The position numbers and the translations under genes are program-made. The notes under the pieces were generated by a model. That model had not been told where the DNA came from and searched no databases. It saw only the letters and a program-made list of their open reading frames with translations. DNA of 64,000 nucleotides from Octopus vulgaris. Lineage: Eukaryota. The stretch covers positions 40,982,001 to 41,046,000 of the forward strand of contig OX597836.1 in the NCBI GenBank assembly GCA_951406725.2, read 5' to 3'. Of this stretch, positions 27,014-40,060 are shown piece by piece (positions within the stretch are counted from its first letter, which is position 1; each line of letters begins with the position of its first letter).

Positions 27014-27392
27014 TGGCAGAATCGTTAGCACGCCGGGCGAAATGCATTGCCGTATTTCGTCTGCTGTTACGTTCTGAGTTCAAATTCCACTGAGGTCGAC
27101 TTTGCCTTTCATCCTTTCGGGGTTGATAAATTAAGTACCAGTTACGCACTGGGGTCAATATAATCGACTTAATCCCTCTGTTTGTCCTCTCTGTGTTTAG
27201 CAAAGAAATAGGTATTTCATCTGCAGTTACGTTCTGAGTTTAAATTCCACCGAGGTCGACTTTGCCTTTCATCCTTTCGGGGTTGATAAATTAAGTACCA
27301 GTTACGCACTGGGGTTGATGTAATTGACTTAATCCCTTTGTCTGTCCTTGTTTGTCCCCTGTGTTTAACCCCTTGTGGGTAGTAAAGAAATA
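27014..27392 (+). mobile_element. SINE family B, head plus two bodies
   Basis: Second body starts at gtatttc, about 27212. Confidence 0.85.
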
Positions 27393-28650
27393 GATATATT
27401 GTTGAATATAAGAAATGTTAAATTCTAGAATTTTGTAATGGTTTACAGTTGGCTGATTCTGACTCATTCATCATCATCATCATCGTTTAGCATCCGCTTT
27501 CCATGCTAGCATGGGTTGGACGGTTCAACTGGGGTCTGGGAAGCCAGAAGGCTGCACCAGGCCCAGTCTGATCTGGCAATGTTTCTACTGCTGGATGCCC
27601 TTCCTAACGCCAACCACTTCAGTCAAAAGAAATGCCCATGCAGCAGCAGACTGTCCAGGCTGGTTCATTGTCGTTGGAATTGTTTGTAATTGTCCGTTTT
27701 GCTTATGGTTTTAAATTGAATTTTTAGCTGGAAGCAAAAAAATTTTGTTTTTTATATATTTTGAGCTCTAGTTTATATTTAAGTAATTCTATCGTTTGGG
27801 AGAGCCACAGAGACTTATATTTCACTAAAATCATTTTTAATGGGTCATTTAGCACAAACTTCTTGGTTTGTCTCCATGATTGCCATACTGTTCAAACAAA
27901 ACGAGATAGCTATCAGTGAAGATGGTTGCTGTAATAATATAGCTGAACAGTGGTTAAGAAGGCTAGGTGTCTGTCTGTGAACTTACAGCAGGTTAATGTT
28001 TGGTTCAGCTGAAAGCATTAACATTAGAAACTGAAAATGCTTACACCCTCTTTACAAGGTACTGGCAAGGATTATTTTGAAGAGGAGCAGGTGTGGCTCT
28101 GTGGTTAAAAAGTTTGCTCCCCAGCCACATGATTTTGGGTTCAGTCCCACTGCTTGCCCCATTGGGCAAGTGTTTTCTACTGTAAAACCCAGGGCTGACC
28201 AAAGTCTTGTGAATGGATTTTTGACATTAGGTGGTAGTTACGACTGTCACTGTCATACAGGCAGTGTCATTCATTTCCAGTATTCCATAGAAATGTATTT
28301 GACCATGAGAAAATATTACCTTGCTTGGAGAGGGGAAGGGCATCCAGTCATAGTCTGCCTCAATTAGCTCCATCCAACCTGTGCAAGTATGGGAAAGTGG
28401 ACATCCCTTTGTTTTCTCAATAGCATCTCCCTTTAATTTTATTCCTCTGGTCATTTATTGTAATTTCTTATACATTCTTGTCGTATTCTTTAAATAGTTT
28501 CACTCTAAGACACTGGAGTTAGACCAGTTTTATTTCTTTGCCGTTTTTTTGTTTTTGTTTAACAATAGTTTCTTTCAATTACCGCCATCTTATAAAAATC
28601 TCTTTAAACCATCTCAGTACAAAGCACTTAAAGTGCTCATTGCTTTGTGG

Positions 28651-29034
28651 TGGAAGCACTCCGTTGGTTACGACGACGAGTGTTCCGGTTGATCCGAATC
28701 AACGGAACAGCCTGCTCGTGAAATTAACGTGTAAGTGGCTGAGCACTCCACAGACACGTGTACCCTTAACGTAGTTCTCGGGGATATTCAGCGTGACACA
28801 GAGAGTGACAAGGCTGGCCCTTTGAAATACAGGTACAACAGAAACAGGAAGTAAGAGTGAGAGAAAGTTGTGGTGAAAGAGTACAGCAGGGATCACCACA
28901 ATCCCCTGCCGGAGCCTCGTGGAGCTTTAGGTGTTTTCGCTCAATAAACACTCACAACGCCCGGTCTGGGAATCGAAACCGCGATCCTATGATCGCGAGT
29001 CCGCTGCCCTAACCACTGGGCCATTGTGCCTCCA
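28651..29034 (-). mobile_element. tRNA-derived SINE family C
   Basis: Near-identical to 3349-3742. Confidence 0.82.
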
Positions 29035-29547
29035 TTGCTTTAACACCAGCTCCAATCCCCATTCCAAACTTTTCACAGTGTTCATATTTGAAGTCTTAGG
29101 ATTTTATTGGTTTCGTTTCCATCATGAATTCTAGTTATTCACTTGATGTATCAACAGGTAAAAGTTAATTTACTAATCTACAAATTGTATGTTATTGAAA
29201 GAAATAATCACAGGGACTATTGGGTACCTTCAGCAGTGGCATTTGGCGTTCCTACTCTGCATTTGTGTAATTCTAGAGAACATTAACTGTTCTCGTCTCA
29301 TTACTGTTGGTGAACCTTTAAAGGGCATGACCCGAGCTCCTTCTCCCCCCTCTGCACAATACAAAAACCTGCATTTATATCTGCAAATACCTGCATTTAT
29401 AACTTGAGAAAACAGTCTGAGCTACTGTGGAAATCAGGGTGGTCCTATATGTCCGGTTCAATCTCTAATAGGTTCACATTTATTATATATTTGTATATTT
29501 TTATCTTTGAAATCTGTGTATATATTTATGTGTGTGTGTGTGTGTGC

Positions 29548-29578
<31 letters not shown>

Positions 29579-29623
29579 GATATAGATATGTTTGTGTGTG
29601 TATGTGTTTTTTGTGTTTGTGTG

Positions 29624-29999
29624 TAGGAGTGGCTGTGTTAAGTAGCTTAAGAACCACATGGGTCTGGGTTCAATCCCACCGTGTGGCACCTTGGACAAAT
29701 GTCTTCTACTATAGCCTCAGGTTGACCAAAGCCTTGTGAGTGGATTTGGTAGACGGAAACTGAAAGAAGCTCGTCGTATATATGTATGTGTGTGTATGTT
29801 TGTGTGTCTGTGTTTGTCCCTGCAACATCGCTTGACAACCGATGCTGGTGTGTTTACGTCCCCATAATCTAGCGGCTCGGCAAAAGTGACTGATAGAATA
29901 AGTACTGTGCTTCCAAAGAATGTCCTGGGTTGATTTGCTTGACTAAAGGCAGTGCTCCAGCATGGCCGCAGTCACATCACTGAAACAAGTAATAGAGTA
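29624..29999 (+). mobile_element. SINE family A
   Basis: Colinear copy. Confidence 0.82.
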
Positions 30000-30009
30000 A
30001 AGTGTGTGT

Positions 30010-30056
<47 letters not shown>

Positions 30057-30112
30057 TATATACACACACATACATGCACACACATACATGCACATACATA
30101 CATACATACATA

Positions 30113-30270
30113 CAACTACAGCCGGCTATTGCTAGTAAAGGTTTTAGTTGCCAATTTTGTACAAGACATTGTAGATCTTTAGCTGGGCTAAAAAGTCACA
30201 TTCGATCACAGAACCAGTAACAGTTAAGCTTCGTGCAATGGCCATACTCGATAATGAGGAGGCAGCCATA
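30113..30270 (+). mobile_element. 5'-truncated RTE-clade LINE 3' end
   Basis: Encodes GFSCQFCTRHCRSLAGLKSHIRSQNQ*, the C-terminal zinc-finger-like motif of RTE ORF2, then a short UTR and simple-repeat tail. Confidence 0.6.
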
Positions 30271-30784
30271 ATATATATATATATATGTAGGTGTGTGTGT
30301 GTTTCAATATGCGTGTATATATATATATATGTATGTATATATGTATATACTAGCTGCTGTACCCGGTGCTGCTCAGTTTTTCTGTGTTAAGGATAAGTCT
30401 ATGCCATTGTAACTGTTGCCCGGTGGAATTTCTCTCTGAATTTTATGGAGGTACCTGATAATTCCCAGCTTGATTGGGGTGTAGTCAAATTGCATGCTAA
30501 ATGTCTATTAATTTTATAATATTCCCCTGCCCATGCGCAAATATTGGACCCCCCCCCCCCCCGTCAACTCTACATGCCGTATCAAACTTACGGGCATAAA
30601 CTAATCATGTGTAACATATCTTAAAAATCAATAGCATAGTCTCTGAAAAAGGCCGGTACATTTTTGTGCCGTTCCAGTTCCTCTGGACTTGAATTAAAAC
30701 CTTTACCGCCCCCCCTCCCCTTACCACAAAATTTACCTAAATCGCAAATTTCATTAAAATCAAATGAAAACTATGTGCAATCAT

Positions 30785-31005
30785 GTATTGGATGTACGCT
30801 TTGCCTATTTGTATATTGGACATACATCTTGCCTATTTATGTATTGGACGTACGTCTTGCGTATTTATGGATCGGACGTACGCCTTGCGTCTCTATGGAT
30901 TGTACGTACGTCTTGCCTATTTGTGTATTGCATGTACATCTTATGTACTTGCATTTACCAGATGTATGTCCTATGTATTTGCATTTGTTGGACATACATC
31001 TTATA
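30785..31005. repeat. About 28-bp degenerate minisatellite (tgtattggacatacgtcttgcctatt..)
   Basis: About 8 imperfect tandem units. Confidence 0.7.
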
Positions 31006-31011
31006 TGTATA

Positions 31012-31302
31012 CTAGCAGTATCGCCCGGCGTTGCACGGCTTTATAAGGGAAATAACTATATAAGCATTTTTAGAGAGTTACTTCCCTTATATAGACCGAG
31101 CAAAAAATGCATTAAAAATGCGGAAAAATGATGGTAGATTTTTGTTACATCGTAGACTCATGCTAATACCCAGAAGGGCTCGATATGAATCACGACTATA
31201 AGATACCCGGTTTTGGTTAAACTGCACCGCAAAATGTGGGAGTAGTTAGGAATCTAAATCGGAGTCGACAGACACACACAACTTCAGTTTTATATATAAA
31301 GA
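31012..31302 (-). mobile_element. Non-autonomous Helitron
   Basis: A|TCTTTATATATAAAA ... hairpin ... CTAG|T on the minus strand. Confidence 0.8.
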
Positions 31303-31754
31303 TATCTATATATATCGTACATATACATTATATATTTGTATATTAGTTCTATGGATATATTGGTGTAACAGTTATTCGTATATGCATATTTTGGTGTAAT
31401 AAATACTTGTATACACGTATATTGGTATACTATTTACTTACATATTATACATTATATATGTATATTATATACATATATTTGTGTGTGTTTGTATATTGTA
31501 TGTACCTATGTAATTTATGTTTAGATATGTATCTGATTTGTGTGTGTATGTATATAATATATGATGTATATTACTCTATATATGTCTAAATATGCACATT
31601 ATATGTATGTATGTATATACTATACATATATATATCTGTATTTGTATATTAGATATATTTTTGTTTTTGTTTTATATTATATATGTTATATATATTTATA
31701 TATGAATATTGTGTGTGTGTATATGTGCGAATGTGTGATATATATCGATATATA

Positions 31755-31983
31755 AGGCGGTGAGCTGGCAGAAACGTTAGCACGCCGGGTGAAATGCGTA
31801 GCCGTATTTCGTCTGCCGTTACGTTCTGAGTTCAAATCCCGCCAAGGTCGACTTTGCCTTTCATCCTTTCGGGGTCGATAAATTAAGTACCAGTTACGCA
31901 CTGGGTCGATGTAATCGACTCAATCCGTTAGTCTGTCTTTGTTTGTCCCCTCTATGTTCAGCCCCTTGTGGGTAATAAACAGA
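31755..31983 (+). mobile_element. SINE family B
   Basis: Full copy with TSD atatatcgatata. Confidence 0.88.
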
Positions 31984-32023
31984 TATATATCGATATATTG
32001 CATTTTCTATATACATAAGTATG

Positions 32024-32060
<37 letters not shown>

Positions 32061-32182
32061 TCAATGAGTGGAGCAAGACTTAAATGTGTGTAGTATTTGT
32101 TGCATGTTTATGTGCATGGCTTACATTGTGTGCTGTGCTCCTCTTTACTTAAGCTTGCCTCCTACTCCTCCTCCTCCCGCAG

Positions 32183-32272
32183 CGATCACATCTCCTTCAA
32201 ACCCCTACGTAGTCAATTCTCCTGCTGCTGCAGCTCAGGATCCTTACGCTGCCATGGGGTTTCATATTGCAG
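32183..32272 (+). CDS. pum: Pumilio exon F (AITSPSNPYVVNSPAAAAQDPYAAMGFHIA)
   Basis: C-rich pyrimidine tract + cgcag| and CAG|gttaga; NPY...DPY motif of PUM1/2; 90 nt, phase 1-1. Confidence 0.85.
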
Positions 32273-32481
32273 GTTAGACCATTTAGTTTTTGTTGTTAAT
32301 GCTGCTATAACAGTTATTGCTATTTCACTTAACTGCACAACATCTACCGACTGGAATCTGTAATACATGTTGACTGCTGCTTCTTCTGGCCTCTCTCTCT
32401 TTTTTTTTTTTTTTGATAATAATACACTACTATATAATCCCTCTAGTAGTTAGCTGCTTAACGTTCTTTCTTACATCTTAA

Positions 32482-33265
32482 CCCTTTCGTTACTGTATTT
32501 ATTTTGAGATGCTCTGTGTTTCTTTCAGTTATTTTAACCCTTTAGCATTTAAACCGGCCATATCCGGCCAAAAGTATTCTGCCTGTTTTATGCTCAAACA
32601 CGCCAGATCTGGTCTCTCAGACCAACCCTACAATATTGTTTTAAAAATTAACATCTGCCTCATCAAAATCTCTTAGCTACAAGATTAATGAATGATTAAT
32701 TCAAAACAATGTGGATGAAGAAGCATTAATTTTGGCAGAATAATGCAAACACTAAAGGGTTAAATATAACAAAGAATTTAGTAAAATAACTTAGTTATCA
32801 TTCAGCTAGTGTTAGGAACGTAAATTGTGACTAAGGTTTGGTGAAGGATTTTAATTCAAAACTTGTGAAAACAAGGCATTTGTATTACAGAGCCAGAGCT
32901 GGTTTCAGCCGGGTTGGTATCAAAAGGGTTAAATATAACAAAGAATTTAGTAAAATAACTTAGTTACCATTCAGCTAGTGTTAGGAACATAAATTGTGAC
33001 TAAGGTTTGGTGAAGGATTTTAATTCAAAACTTGTGAAAACAAGACATTTGTATTACAGAGCCAGAGCTGGTTTCAGCCGGGTTGGTATCAAAAGGGTTA
33101 AATATAACAAAGAATTTAGTAAAATAACTTAGTTACCATTCAGCTAGTGTTAGGAACATAAATTGTGACTAAGGTTTGGTGAAGGATTTTAATTCAAAAC
33201 TTACGAAAACAAGACATTTTACCACAGAGCCAGAGCCAGTTTTGGCTGGGTTAGTAACAAAAGGG
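32482..33265 (+). mobile_element. MITE E2 with MITE E1 (32538-32759) nested at its internal TTAA and three tandem 3' units
   Basis: TTAA at 32478, 32534, 32760, 32929, 33098 and 33266; period about 169 bp. Confidence 0.85.
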
Positions 33266-33667
33266 TTAAAGTTGACGATGTCAACTGTCAAATAACTAAA
33301 ATGCTGTAAACTGCATGGACTCATTTTTTTTTTGTTTCTTCTCTTTCTCTCAAATGACCAAAAATTTAAAACTGAAGCATTGCATTGGAACTTGCTTGGA
33401 CGTAACAGAACGAAGAACCAAAAAAAAAAAAAAAAAAAAAAAATCTGTTTTGTAATCTAGGTGTAATTTAGTAACAATGAGATATTTTTTTATATTTATA
33501 TTCTTCCCCTCAAATTTTTCCCAAAGAAAGAAAGAAAGATGAATGAAAAACAAAAGACAGCCCGAAATAAAGCAATAGTTTATTTATCACATTGCTTTCT
33601 CACTCATCTGATTTTGTAAAAGCTCCAATTAACATTGATTGCTACTTCTGTGTGTATGTATATATAT

Positions 33668-33708
<41 letters not shown>

Positions 33709-34300
33709 CGCACACATATACACAAACTATATAGCTAGTTTGCTTGTTTTCCGCTATTTAGTAGCAGCAAAATTTCTCTCTTTTGCAAATTTATTACTAA
33801 TTGCTTTTTTTTTTCTTGGTATTTAAATTTAACCTTGCAGTAGTTTAAAAATTTAAACTTTTTTTTTACAATTTCATAAAATGAATGTTTTTTTTTTTGT
33901 TCATTGAACTGCTATTGCATGCTGTAAGACTACCATTACTAATTTTTTTTTTTTTTTTTTTTACTAATTTTCATGTTGATTCAATAACACTTATTTGATC
34001 CATTAGTTTTTATTGAATAATATTAAGTATTAAGAATTTTTTAATATGGTTTATTTTGGTTGTGGCCATATTCCCCTCAATCTCTCTCTTGTAAACTGAT
34101 GTGTTTACTAATTGGAAAAAGCCATGCTAATGAGCTCGTTACATTGTATCTTGCCCTTTGTCATAGCTTGAACTTATACAGTAAAAAAAGAAAATATTCC
34201 AAATGTCTCAAATAGGTGACATTCAGGAAAATTCTTAAAAAGTTTCAATTAGTAAAATTTGAAAAGATTACTGTTAAAAATTTGATATGTTGATGTAGAG

Positions 34301-34629
34301 CATTGGTCATCAACTGGGGGTCTGTATGACCCTCGGTGGGGGTCTGCATAAGATTTTGTAAAGGTTTGTGCAATAAATTGGTTATACTTACATTTAATGA
34401 ATTTTTTTGGAGAATTTCTAATATTTAATTCTAAAAATATGGTAGGATTTTTTTAAAACATTGAACAAACAATTGGGGCTGGGTACAGCTCACTGGTGGC
34501 TGACCAGCTCCTGTCAAACTGTTCAACCCTTGCCATCATAGAAAATGTATAATGAATGGCTATAAGGGTCCACTTGAGTAAAATAGGAATGAAAGGGGTA
34601 CATAGGTAAAAAATGCTTGAGTATCACTG
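34301..34629. mobile_element. Decayed hAT/Charlie-like MITE
   Basis: CATTGGTCATCAAC ... CTTGAGTATCACTG ends; flanks atgtagag/acctagag resemble an 8-bp TSD; related piece at about 21330-21611. Confidence 0.45.
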
Positions 34630-36478
34630 ACCTAGAGATACAAGGGTAAGAGGTATTTCTGAAAGGGTTTGAACTTGCATCCTGTTCCTTTAGATTACCT
34701 AGTGTTATTGTGTCTGGTTGAGTTGGTGCTTGTGTTTAATCAGAATGCCAAGACATTCTTATGATTGATAAAAATAGCAGGGTATAGTTTGAGGGGTTTA
34801 AGGGTATAGGCATTACAGTGTATGGGTATTTTGATTTCATTAACACTTTGGTTTCTAATTAAGAAACAGCTTGATAATTCTACGTTGGGAGAAATGGAAC
34901 AAAGAAAAGAATAAAGTCGACTGTCAGAATTGTGTTATTCTATAAGTTGTTCTTGCTGGTATAATGGCCCTTCTTTCTCACTAGTTGTAGAAAAGTCAAG
35001 TTTAAAGGGATTTAAAACTAAGTGGATTGTCTTGGTATAGCCTGTGGAGAGCAGATCAAACGGTCAGTTAAAGCGACATGGTCAAATTGCTGTTCTGACT
35101 ATTGAATTGTACTTTTGAGCAAGATACACAACTGTTCCATTTCTCACTGTAGGAAGAGAATCTCATAAGAAAAAAAAAAATACTCCCTAGTGTTTCAATA
35201 CAGTGGGTTGTAAATAAATTTGTCATATCTGTATTGCATTTAGTCTTATCTGTGTTGAATTTGGTCCCAGAAGGGCATTTTCAACAACGCTTGATGAGGA
35301 TTGAACTGATTTATTTCAATGTCATTTAAACCAACCAAAATATTCCGCCTGTTTTATGTTCAAACTGGTTGGATCTGGCCTCTCACACTATTCCTACAAT
35401 AGTTTTAAAAATTAAGTTGCCTCATCAAAATATCAGTTACAAGATAAAATATGATTAATTCAAAACAATGTGAATGAATAAGCATTACTTTTGACAGAAT
35501 ATAATGTGAATGCTAAAGGGTTAATTAAAAGATAGTCTTATCAAGTTAAATGAAAGGCAACCTAGGAGGTTAGTGTATAGATATCACTATTCATAACCCA
35601 TGTGTTGGTTCTAGTGGTAATTATTGAGCTGTCATCCTTGTGCTGTTATGATATTAATGTGCCTAGTCACATATTTTGTTTACATTTGAAGTCTTTCTGC
35701 TACACACCCTTAGTATCTCAACATGGGCACATGGGTGGATCCTGATGGATTGTTAAATAACAGTTCCTATTCCAAGCTGCCAAAATTGCCCTCATGGGTC
35801 CAATTTCTGACTCCATGTATTTATTTCTTCATAAACTACTATGCATGTATGGAAAAATAGATTATATGAAGTAACTCAAAATAATTTTTGTTTCGGGTAC
35901 ATCACCAAAATAAATGGGAAAAATAGATTATATGAACTTTAACCCTTTAGCATTCAGATTATTCTGTCAAATGTAAAGCTTATGTATTCACACCATGTAA
36001 AATTAATCTTGCATCATTTCATGGCTTTGAGATTTCAATGATGTGATTCTTTATTCTTAAAATGACACAATAAGCTAGCTATGAATGACCATATCTGACT
36101 AGTTTGAACATAAAATAGGTAGAATATTTTGGCCGGATATGGCCGGTTTAAACACTAAAAGGTTAAATGATTTTTGTTTTAGAGACCTGACCAAAATATT
36201 TAATATTTCCTTAATAAGTTTCTGAAGGGGCTGGCACGGTTGGAACTACACTATATATATAACTATCATTTTTGTTTATAAATTGTTTAAATAAACATTT
36301 AAATTTCTGTGACACATTGTGATAAAAAAAACTATTAAAAACTTCTCAGTTTTCATATTAAATTGCGGTCAAGAAATTAAAATGGCACAGTTTTCTATAA
36401 AAAAAAAATTATATATGAAAATTGATAAATTGCATTGTGAAATACTAGTATTGATTGATAGCTTGCTTTGATTTTCAG

Positions 36479-36547
36479 CTACCGAAGGCACATATGCTGC
36501 CCACAGAGAGAGCTCTGGTGTTGAACACCAGCACTTCAGCTTACAAG
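36479..36547 (+). CDS. Candidate alternative cassette exon (ATEGTYAAHRESSGVEHQHFSLQ)
   Basis: gctttgattttcag| and AAG|gtactg; 69 nt, phase 1-1, no stop in the Pumilio frame; GC-richer than flanks; no homology recognised. Confidence 0.4.
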
Positions 36548-36776
36548 GTACTGACAATTAATTTATCAATTGAATTTAAAATAATTCCAAGCAAGGAAAA
36601 ATCTGTATATGTGCTGCATTGTTAGGTTGTTTTTTTTTTAGCTATTGCAAATCATTAATTAGGCAAATCAGGGCAATTACAATTATTTGTGTTGTACACA
36701 AATGGTGCAGTTTTGTTTTAAATTTTCTTCGTTTGTGAAAACCTACTTTTACATATCAATATTAGTATATATGTAT

Positions 36777-37164
36777 CTTTTACTCTTTTACTTGTTTCAG
36801 TCATTTGACTGCGGCCATGCTGGAGCACCGTCTTTAGTCGAGCAAATCGACTCCGGGACTTATTCTTTGTAAGCCCAGTACTTATTCTATCGGTCTCTTT
36901 TGCCGAACTGCTAAGTGACGGGGACGTAAACACACCAGCATTGGTTATCAAATCAATGCTAGGGGGACAAACACAGACACACAAACATACACATATATAC
37001 ACGACGGGCTTCTTTCAGTTTCCGTCTACCAAATCCACTCACAAGGCATTGGTCGGCCTGGGGCTATAGCAGAAGACACTTGCCTAAGATGCCACGCAGT
37101 GGGACTGAACCCGGAACCATGTGGTTGGTTAGCAAGCTACTTACCACACAGCCACTACTGCGCC
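36777..37164 (-). mobile_element. SINE family A
   Basis: Full-length copy. Confidence 0.88.
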
Positions 37165-37399
37165 TGTTCATTAAAGATGTGCAAAAGTTCCCCAGCTTCC
37201 TGTCTAATATTAAATTTTTTTTGTTTGTTCAGTAGTTTGATAAAACCCTGACATTTCAAAAGATAGACTGTATTATTTTTTTTTAATGTAGCTTGATGTT
37301 TTTCTTCATGGGAATAACATGTGCTTCTTTGACACTGAAAAATATTTTTAAAATATCCTCTGCTGTTATATGAGAACAAGGAAATTATATAACACCCGA

Positions 37400-37812
37400 T
37401 GACTGGCATCCGTTGCTAGTGGAGCGCTAAGAGTACCATACGAGTGAGATCGTTGCCAGAGCAACAAGCTGGCCTTCGTGCCGATGGCACGTTTCAGCAC
37501 ACCATTCGAGCGTGATTGTTACCGCGTCGCCTTACTAGCACTTGTGCAGGTGGCATGTGAAACATTCGAGCGTGGCCACTGCCAGTGCCGCTGGACTGGC
37601 ACCTATGCAGGTGGCGCGTAAAAAATACCATTTGGGCGTGGCCGTTGCCAGTACCACCAAACTGGCACGTGAAAGCACCCACTACACTCTCGGAGTTGTT
37701 GGCGTTAGGAAGGGCATCCAGGTGAAGAAACTCTGCCAGATCAGATTGGAGTCTGGTTCGCCAGACCTCAGTCAAATCGTCCAACCCATGCTAGCATGGA
37801 AAGCGGATGTTG
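37400..37812 (+). mobile_element. Retroposon family D with internal tandem repeats
   Basis: Repeated ggtggcacgtaaaaagcacc-type units upstream of the family D tail. Confidence 0.75.
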
Positions 37813-37880
37813 TACGATTCCCTTACAGCTTACCTTTCCATAACTTCTACTGTATGTGTGCTTGTGTGTGTATATGTAAA

Positions 37881-38151
37881 CTAGCAGTATCGCCCAGCGT
37901 TGCTCGGGTTTGTAAGGGAAATAACTATATAAGCATTTTTAGAGTTATAGCCAAAAAATGGAAAAAAATGATGGTAAATTTTTTTTTAATCGTAGACTCA
38001 TCGTAGACGTGCGCTAATACCCAGAAGGGCCCGATATGAATCACGACTATAAGATACCCGCTTTTGGTTAAACTGCACCGCAAAATGTGGGAGTAGTTAG
38101 GAATCTAAATCGTAGGAGACAGACACACAACTTGACTTTTATATATAAAGA
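37881..38151 (-). mobile_element. Non-autonomous Helitron
   Basis: TC...hairpin...CTAG between A and T. Confidence 0.82.
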
Positions 38152-38255
38152 TATACTTTGTTAGATTAAGTGTTATTTATCACATAAATGACTGAATCTA
38201 ATTGTAAATGTTGAAAGAGATGTCATCGATGTATTTGTTCTGTGGTTTTGTTCAG

Positions 38256-38501
38256 GTCCTGCTGTCATCCATCCTCAATACTACAGTGTACAAGCTCCTT
38301 GGTTATATCCAGCTAATTTGATTCAACAAGGGCAACAGCCCCACCCCGGGGCTGCTGCCCAGTCCGCTGCTGCTGCTGCACTCAGTCAGCAGCAACAACA
38401 ACAACTATTGCGCGGTCAGTCTGGACGACCTGTTACTCCTCAACAGCAAAGTGAAAATATACCTGCATCTGCTCTTCAAGCACAAGCATTACAGACTCCA
38501 A
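38256..38501 (+). CDS. pum: Pumilio exon G (GPAVIHPQYYSVQAPWLYPANLIQQ...RPVTPQQQ...LQTP)
   Basis: gttcag| and A|gtaaga; GPAV..QYY....W.YPA.L.QQ and RP.TP motifs; 246 nt, phase 1-1. Confidence 0.93.
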
Positions 38502-38562
38502 GTAAGATATTCAAAGGTCTTGTTGTTATATCAGGAAATATTTAATTGGAGAAAAATGTTTT

Positions 38563-39292
38563 GTGTGTGACTATGGAGTGTAAATGTTATACTGTCTGTT
38601 ATATAGCAAGTCTCTTGTGTGACTGTATGCAGTGTAGATGTCATACTGTCTATATTATATAGCAAGTCACTTCTGTGACTGTATGCAGTGTCAGTCATAC
38701 TGTCTATATTATATAGCAAGTCTCTTGTGTGACTGTATACAGTGTAAATGTCATACTGTCTATATTATATAGCAAGTCTCTTGTGTGACTATGGAGTGTC
38801 AATGTCATACCGTCTATATTATATAGCAAATCCCGTGTGACCCTGCGTGGTCTAATAAAGCTGTATAGCAAATCTCTTGTGACTGTTGTATGGAGTATGT
38901 TATACTGTCTCTATTATATAGCTATTATATAGTCTGTGTGACTGTATGGAATGTAAATGTTTATATTACATAGTAAGTCTGTGACTTTTTGGGGTATATA
39001 TTTCTTTACTACCCTCAAAAAGTTAAACACAGAAGGGACAAACAAGGACAGACAAACGGATTGTCGATTACGTCGACCCCAGTGCATAACTGATATTTAT
39101 TTAATCAACCCCGAAAGGATGAAAGGCAAAGTCGACCTCGACGGAATTTGAACTCAGAACATAACGGCAGACGAAATATAGGTACGCTTTTTGCCCGGCG
39201 TGCTAACGTTTCTGCCAGCTCGCCGCCTAAATGGGGTATAAATGTTATACTGTCTGTATTATATAGCAAGTCTCTTGTGTGACTGTATGGAG
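38563..39292. repeat. About 56-bp minisatellite interrupted by a family B SINE (39001-39228, minus)
   Basis: Unit gtgactgtatgcagtgtaaatgtcatactgtctatattatatagcaagtctcttgt; SINE flanked by tggggtata duplication. Confidence 0.85.
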
Positions 39293-39364
39293 ATCTGTTT
39301 TGAAACTTCTGTTTACTTATATTCTTCCTTCATTTTTTTAATTTTTTTACTTCAAACTTTTCAG

Positions 39365-39505
39365 ATGCTCCAGGTTACCAATTCTTGGCTACTGCATATT
39401 ATGATCAAAATGGACAGCTAGTGATGGGTAATCCTCGAGGGATCGGTACACCTGTCAGGTTGGTTTCACCTGCTCCAGTTTTGGTGAATACAGGTAATCA
39501 GCAAG
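39365..39505 (+). CDS. pum: Pumilio exon H (NAPGYQFLATAYYDQNGQLVMGNPRGIGTPVRLVSPAPVLVNTGNQQ)
   Basis: ttttcag| and AAG|gtaggt; AYYDQ.G.LV...G.PVRLV.PAPV conserved motif; 141 nt, phase 1-1. Confidence 0.93.
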
Positions 39506-40060
39506 GTAGGTGTTGATTAAATCTATTATATTTCATTTTGTTTTTATTTATATGTAATTTACATACTTGGATAATAAGTGGCAGAAGATTATTGGATAAT
39601 CACCTGAAGGGTTAATATTTCCACCACATATATACTTAGAACCAAATTGACCACTTTGGCCAGTTGCAGTAGTGTGTTCTACTGTGTTACAAAACTCACA
39701 GGTATGACAAAATGGGTTTTGAGCTGATACTCCATCCCGACATGATCATGACCAGATTTTTCTGAAGTGATAAGATTGCCATTAATTTATCTGAATAGAC
39801 AAAGTTTTGACTAGGTAGAACTTTGTAATTTAAAAAACAAAGTGAAAATAAATGTAAACATCGTCACAATCTTTCCAAATCTTGCTGCATTTCACATGGA
39901 ATTTTTGGTCCTTCAAAGTCTTGTTGGTGTATAAGTTGGTTTATCTTTATCTTGGCTTTAGATTTTGTCTGCGAAATTTGACTTGTAAATGCTGGAAAAT
40001 ATGGTAATAAAAGGCTTGATGCTTCAATTAAGATGGCAGTATAAAAATAGTTATCCTCTA

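Noticed and set aside
28960-29034. tRNA-like sequence on the minus strand (also 3640-3715 and 51020-51098)
   Set aside because: SINE heads continuous with multi-copy bodies; no complete cloverleaf established
32068-32182. ORF extension with PPTPPPP upstream of exon F, and AG at 32152-32153
   Set aside because: That AG gives the wrong phase for exon E; the CCT-rich tract is the polypyrimidine tract of the 32183 acceptor
38563-38990. Regularly spaced repeats resembling a CRISPR array
   Set aside because: Contiguous tandem units without unique spacers, in a eukaryotic intron; a minisatellite
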